This document shows, in pieces, positions 58,633 through 64,000 of a DNA stretch of 64,000 nt. The position numbers were made by a program, and so were the translations under genes. Under the pieces are notes generated by a model, which made no database searches, was not told the origin of the DNA, and saw only the letters and a program-made list of their open reading frames with translations. The DNA comes from an uncultured candidatus Porisulfidus sp. (GTDB lineage: Bacteria > Pseudomonadota > Gammaproteobacteria > Poriferisulfidales > Poriferisulfidaceae): assembly GCA_965242985.1 (NCBI GenBank), contig OZ251520.1:142426-206425 (forward strand). Direction: 5' to 3'. Within the stretch, counting starts at the first letter, position 1; each line of letters begins with the position of its first letter.

Positions 58633-58778
58633 TCCAAAAGGCTTCCACTGCCGACCTAGGCCACGAGGCGTAGGTCTGAACATAAGTTGTGCTGCGTACT
58701 GGAAGTTGAAAGTTAAAACGGCACGGCGCTCTTGCGGCGTTTTGCTACAATCGAGCCTCTTTCCGCTGGAGATTCCCC

Positions 58779-59363
58779 ATGCAAAATCCCCTGAAATCCG
58801 TCGCCGGCACCCTGATTTCCGGCCTGGTCCTGGCCTTGATCCTGGGCGCCGCGCACCAGGGCTTCACGATCAACCTGCCCTCGCTGATCGTCTGGGCGCA
58901 CGTGTTCGTGGGCATCATCTGGATCGGCCTGCTGTACTACTTCAACTTCGTGCAGATCCCCGCGGTCGGCGAAGCGGCGGCCGACAGCGACGGCCCCGGG
59001 CCCGCCGCCATCAACAAGTACGTCGCCCCCCGGGCGCTGCTGTGGTTCCGCTGGGCGGCGCTGCTGACCTGGCTGACCGGCGCGGCCGCGCTCGAGACCA
59101 TGGGCATCGGCTTCGCCAACGCGTTCCTGCTGCACACCCCCGCCATCGGCATCGGCGTGTGGCTCGGCACCATCATGCTGTTCAACGTGTGGGTGCTGAT
59201 CTGGCCGAACCAGAAGAAGGTGCTCGGCATGGTCGAGGCCAGCGACGAGGAGAAGGCCAAGGCGAAGAACACGGCGATGCTCGCCTCCCGCACCAACACC
59301 CTGCTGTCGATCCCGATGCTGATGTCCATGGTGTCGTTCGGGCACGGCGGCTTGGCGTTCTGA
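58779..59363 (+). CDS. Conserved integral membrane protein (HemJ/PuuD/CopD-like 4-5 TM fold), function uncertain
   Basis: Signal-like N-terminus and multiple TM helices ([22 protein letters not shown]...). Native GC. Sits upstream of argD. Confidence 0.5.
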   Translation: MQNPLKSVAGTLISGLVLALILGAAHQGFTINLPSLIVWAHVFVGIIWIGLLYYFNFVQIPAVGEAAADSDGPGPAAINKYVAPRALLWFRWAALLTWLTGAAALETMGIGFANAFLLHTPAIGIGVWLGTIMLFNVWVLIWPNQKKVLGMVEASDEEKAKAKNTAMLASRTNTLLSIPMLMSMVSFGHGGLAF

Positions 59364-59430
59364 GCGGCGCCCGCTCCTTCCCCGACCCGGCAAGGCGGCA
59401 GCTTCGCGCTGCCGCTTTGCATTTGGCCCG

Positions 59431-60615
<1,185 letters not shown>

Positions 60616-60620
60616 GCGCC

Positions 60621-61526
<906 letters not shown>

Positions 61527-61550
61527 GCGCCGCCGCGCCCGGGCCGCGCC

Positions 61551-62276
61551 TCAGGCGGGCTCGGCCTCGCCCAGCTCCTGCTCGATCTGCTCCACCGAGA
61601 GGTGGCGCAGGTCCTTGCCGAGCACCTGGTACAGCACGTGCTCGCACAGGTTGGCGGCGTGGTCGCCGATGCGCTCCAGCGCCTTGGCGCACCACAGCAC
61701 CTCCAGCACCGGCTGGATGTCGCGCGGGTCCTCCATCATGAACGTGATCATCTGGCGCAGGCTCTGCTCGTACTCCTGGTCGATCTCGGCGTCGCCCTTG
61801 ATCACCGCCAGCGCCGCGTCGGTGTCGAGGCGGGCGAAGGCGTCGCTGGCCCGGCGCAGCGTCTCCAGCACGTTCGCGCTCAGGTGCTTGATGGCGCGCA
61901 TGTGCCGCTTGCGGATGCGGTCGTAGTCGAGCGCCAGCGCCAGGCGGGCGATCTTCTCCGCCTCGTCGCCGACCCGCTCCAGGTCGGCGGTGGCCTTGAT
62001 CACCGCGGTCACCGTGCGCAGGTCGATCGCCACCGGGTGGTGCAGGGCCATGAACTGGTTGCACTCCTCGTCGATGCGGACCTCCAGGGCGTTGATCTTG
62101 AAGTCGGCGCGGGCGATCTTCTTGGCCAGCTTCAGGTCGCCGTCGATGAAGGCCCGCACCGCGCTCCGGACGTGCTCCTCGGCCAGCCCCGCCATCTCCA
62201 TGGTGTGGTCGCGCACGCTCTTCAGGAACTCGGCGAACTGCGTGGAGGAGTGCTGGACGACGTGCTGGGGTTCCAT
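61551..62276 (-). CDS. phoU: Phosphate signalling complex protein PhoU
   Basis: Two PhoU repeats with ERIGDHAANL and conserved D/E clusters. Start MEPQHVV, placed from the track frame. Confidence 0.85.
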   Translation of the reverse strand: MEPQHVVQHSSTQFAEFLKSVRDHTMEMAGLAEEHVRSAVRAFIDGDLKLAKKIARADFKINALEVRIDEECNQFMALHHPVAIDLRTVTAVIKATADLERVGDEAEKIARLALALDYDRIRKRHMRAIKHLSANVLETLRRASDAFARLDTDAALAVIKGDAEIDQEYEQSLRQMITFMMEDPRDIQPVLEVLWCAKALERIGDHAANLCEHVLYQVLGKDLRHLSVEQIEQELGEAEPA

Positions 62277-62424
62277 GGCGGCGGTTCCGGGGAGGTTGGC
62301 GGGGCATTGTACCTGTTGCGGCGCGGAATCGCGCCGCGAACTCCGCGCCTCGGGCGTTGGCCTACAATAGGCGAACGGGCGGGCATCCGCTGCTCGCCGA
62401 CCGCCGGCCACCCGAGAGAAACCG

Positions 62425-63798
62425 ATGCTTACCCGAATGCGTTTGAAAGGCTTCAAATCCTGGCGCGACACCGGGGAGGTCGAGTTGCGTCCGATCACCG
62501 GCATTTTCGGTGCCAACAGTTCCGGGAAGACCAGCCTGCTGCAGGCGCTGTTGCTGCTGAAGCAGACGGCGGACTCGCCAGATCGGTCACTGACACTCCA
62601 TTTCGGCAGTCTCGGAACTCTCGTGAATCTCGAGAGTTTTCTCGACGTGGCACACGGTCACAAATCTAGGGGAACCCTTGACATCGCTCTCGACTGGGAA
62701 ACCGACTCTTCCATGGAAATTACTGACCCAAGCAACGACAATCAAGTCGTTGTTGAAAGCAATAGTCTAGGATTTCAAACTCAGGTTGGCTACAAGAACA
62801 GAACAAAAGGCGCATCCACCTACGTAAAAGAGATGACGTATCGGGTTGGGAATATCTCATTTGGCATGCACCAGAAGTCTCGCAACAGATCTGAGTACGA
62901 GCTCCGCTCTAAAAAAGGAAGTTTCCAGTTCAAACGCGTGCGAGGGTGGCCCGGGGTCCTGCATGGGCCGGACAAGTGCTACGGATTCCCCGATCAGGTT
63001 CGGGCGTATTACCAGAATGCAGGATTCGTGGCGGATCTCGAGTTGGAGCTGGAAAATTGCCTGAGCCGCTTATACTACTTGGGCCCTTTGCGCGAATCCC
63101 CGCTACGCGTGTATTCGTGGAGTGGAGCACAACCCACCGATGTTGGGTCTAGGGGAAAATCTTTCGTCAATGCCATTCTGGCATCGGGCGCACAAGGCAA
63201 CACGATAAAACGAGGTCAAGGTGTGAAGAGCCTTTCTCTCGCGGAATATGTTGCTTGGTGGCTGAAAAAACTCAAACTTGTCCATGAGTTCCGCGTAAAA
63301 CCTGTTGCAAAAGGCAGCCGGCTGTACGAGGTCCGCGTCCGACGTTTCCCAACCTCGCCCGAAGCACTCATTACCGACATCGGCTTCGGCGTGTCGCAGA
63401 TCCTGCCTGTCTTGGTGTTGTGCTTTTACGCCCCGGAAGGATCCACCATTATTCTGGAACAACCGGAAATTCACCTGCATCCCGCCGTACAGTCGGGACT
63501 CGCCGACGTTCTGATCGATGCCCACAAGAAGCGCGGAGTGCAGATCCTTTTGGAAAGCCACAGCGAGCACCTGCTGTACCGGCTGCAGAGGCGCGTCGCG
63601 GAAGAAAAAATCACGGACCGGGAACTCGGCCTGTATTTCTGCAAGGCCTACGGCGGCCATTCCAACTTGACACCGCTTAACATTGATCCGTTTGGTGTCA
63701 TTCATAACTGGCCGGAAGATTTCTTCGGCGACACTTTCGGGGAAATTGCTGCTACACGCAAAGCCGGACTGAAACGTTCTCAGGAAGCAGAAACATGA
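62425..63798 (+). CDS. ABC-type AAA_21-family ATPase (AAA_21 N-terminal / DUF3696-type C-terminal architecture), low-GC
   Basis: N-terminus MRLKGFKSW...ITGIFGANSSGKTSLLQALLLL (Walker A). C-terminus ILEQPEIHLHPAVQ (Walker B / D-loop) ... ESHSEHLL (H-loop). GC ~50%. Confidence 0.75.
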   Translation: MLTRMRLKGFKSWRDTGEVELRPITGIFGANSSGKTSLLQALLLLKQTADSPDRSLTLHFGSLGTLVNLESFLDVAHGHKSRGTLDIALDWETDSSMEITDPSNDNQVVVESNSLGFQTQVGYKNRTKGASTYVKEMTYRVGNISFGMHQKSRNRSEYELRSKKGSFQFKRVRGWPGVLHGPDKCYGFPDQVRAYYQNAGFVADLELELENCLSRLYYLGPLRESPLRVYSWSGAQPTDVGSRGKSFVNAILASGAQGNTIKRGQGVKSLSLAEYVAWWLKKLKLVHEFRVKPVAKGSRLYEVRVRRFPTSPEALITDIGFGVSQILPVLVLCFYAPEGSTIILEQPEIHLHPAVQSGLADVLIDAHKKRGVQILLESHSEHLLYRLQRRVAEEKITDRELGLYFCKAYGGHSNLTPLNIDPFGVIHNWPEDFFGDTFGEIAATRKAGLKRSQEAET

Positions 63799-64000
63799 CC
63801 AAGGATGTGGTTGTTGACACGAATGTCGCCAAAGTCGCTAACGGGGAAACCGAACAAGCGGGCTCCAGTTGCGTTACGTGCTGCATCGATAGACTGTTAG
63901 ATATCCGCCGACATTTCCGCGTCGTACTCGATCACGGCGGAGAAATACTCGAAGAATACGAGAGGAATCTGGAGTTTGCGGGCCCAAATCCCGGGGATGA
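63795..64000 (+). CDS. Partner protein of the AAA_21 ATPase, possibly PIN-like nuclease; 3' end outside window
   Basis: ATG overlaps the ATPase stop (ATGA). N-terminus MTKDVVVDTNVAKVANGETE resembles the first strand and acidic residue of PIN-fold nucleases. Only 68 codons are visible. Confidence 0.4.
   Translation, partial: MTKDVVVDTNVAKVANGETEQAGSSCVTCCIDRLLDIRRHFRVVLDHGGEILEEYERNLEFAGPNPGD

Noticed and set aside
61527-61550. Possible bidirectional terminator between convergent argF and phoU (GCGCCCGGGCCGCGC)
   Set aside because: The GC-rich palindrome is imperfect and has no U-tract on either side. The evidence is too weak to call.

Overview
This 64-kb window is ~70–72% GC proteobacterial chromosome, densely packed with housekeeping genes and interrupted by five low-GC (~45–55%) accessory islets that hold the candidate novel systems. 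All calls below rest on motif and family recognition in the six-frame translations; no database search was possible. Hand-counted coordinates may be off by 1–2 nt.

Housekeeping genes, in order:
- ctaA-ctaB (heme A synthesis)
- def-fmt
- DUF4390-like gene, ntrY-like kinase, ntrX-like regulator, trkA-trkH
- a small SAM methyltransferase and lpxL-like acyltransferase
- DUF4143 ATPase, rpoD, a tRNA with CAT anticodon
- rpsP-rimM-trmD-rplS, ogt
- zur-znuC-znuB divergent from znuA
- a Dam-like adenine methyltransferase
- fbpC/B/A-like iron ABC transporter
- pcm, rhodanese, tolC, waaA-kdkA-waaC, htpG, nadA, priA
- an HNH protein overlapping hemH, then fxsA
- argA, amiC, tsaE, nnr, argD-argF, phoU

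Low-GC accessory islets:
1. 26.9–30.5 kb: two tandem, translationally coupled DUF4238-like paralogs, with gene debris on the left and an inverted repeat at the right edge.
2. 41.6–43.0 kb: a membrane protein followed by two tandem small ORFs that share a C-terminal APPPKK tail.
3. 51.2–52.4 kb: a vapBC-type PIN/RHH toxin-antitoxin pair.
4. 56.5–58.7 kb: a three-gene cassette (TIGR04255-like protein, HEAT-like protein, unknown protein).
5. 62.4 kb to window end: an ABC-type AAA_21-like ATPase with a 4-nt-overlapping downstream gene that runs off the window.

Two other structural points: a perfect 271-bp tandem duplication spans the znuA 3' end and the start region of the Dam-like methyltransferase, and the ntrX-like regulator carries a degenerate AAA+ domain. 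Most of the long overlapping ORFs in the track are GC-driven frame artefacts.
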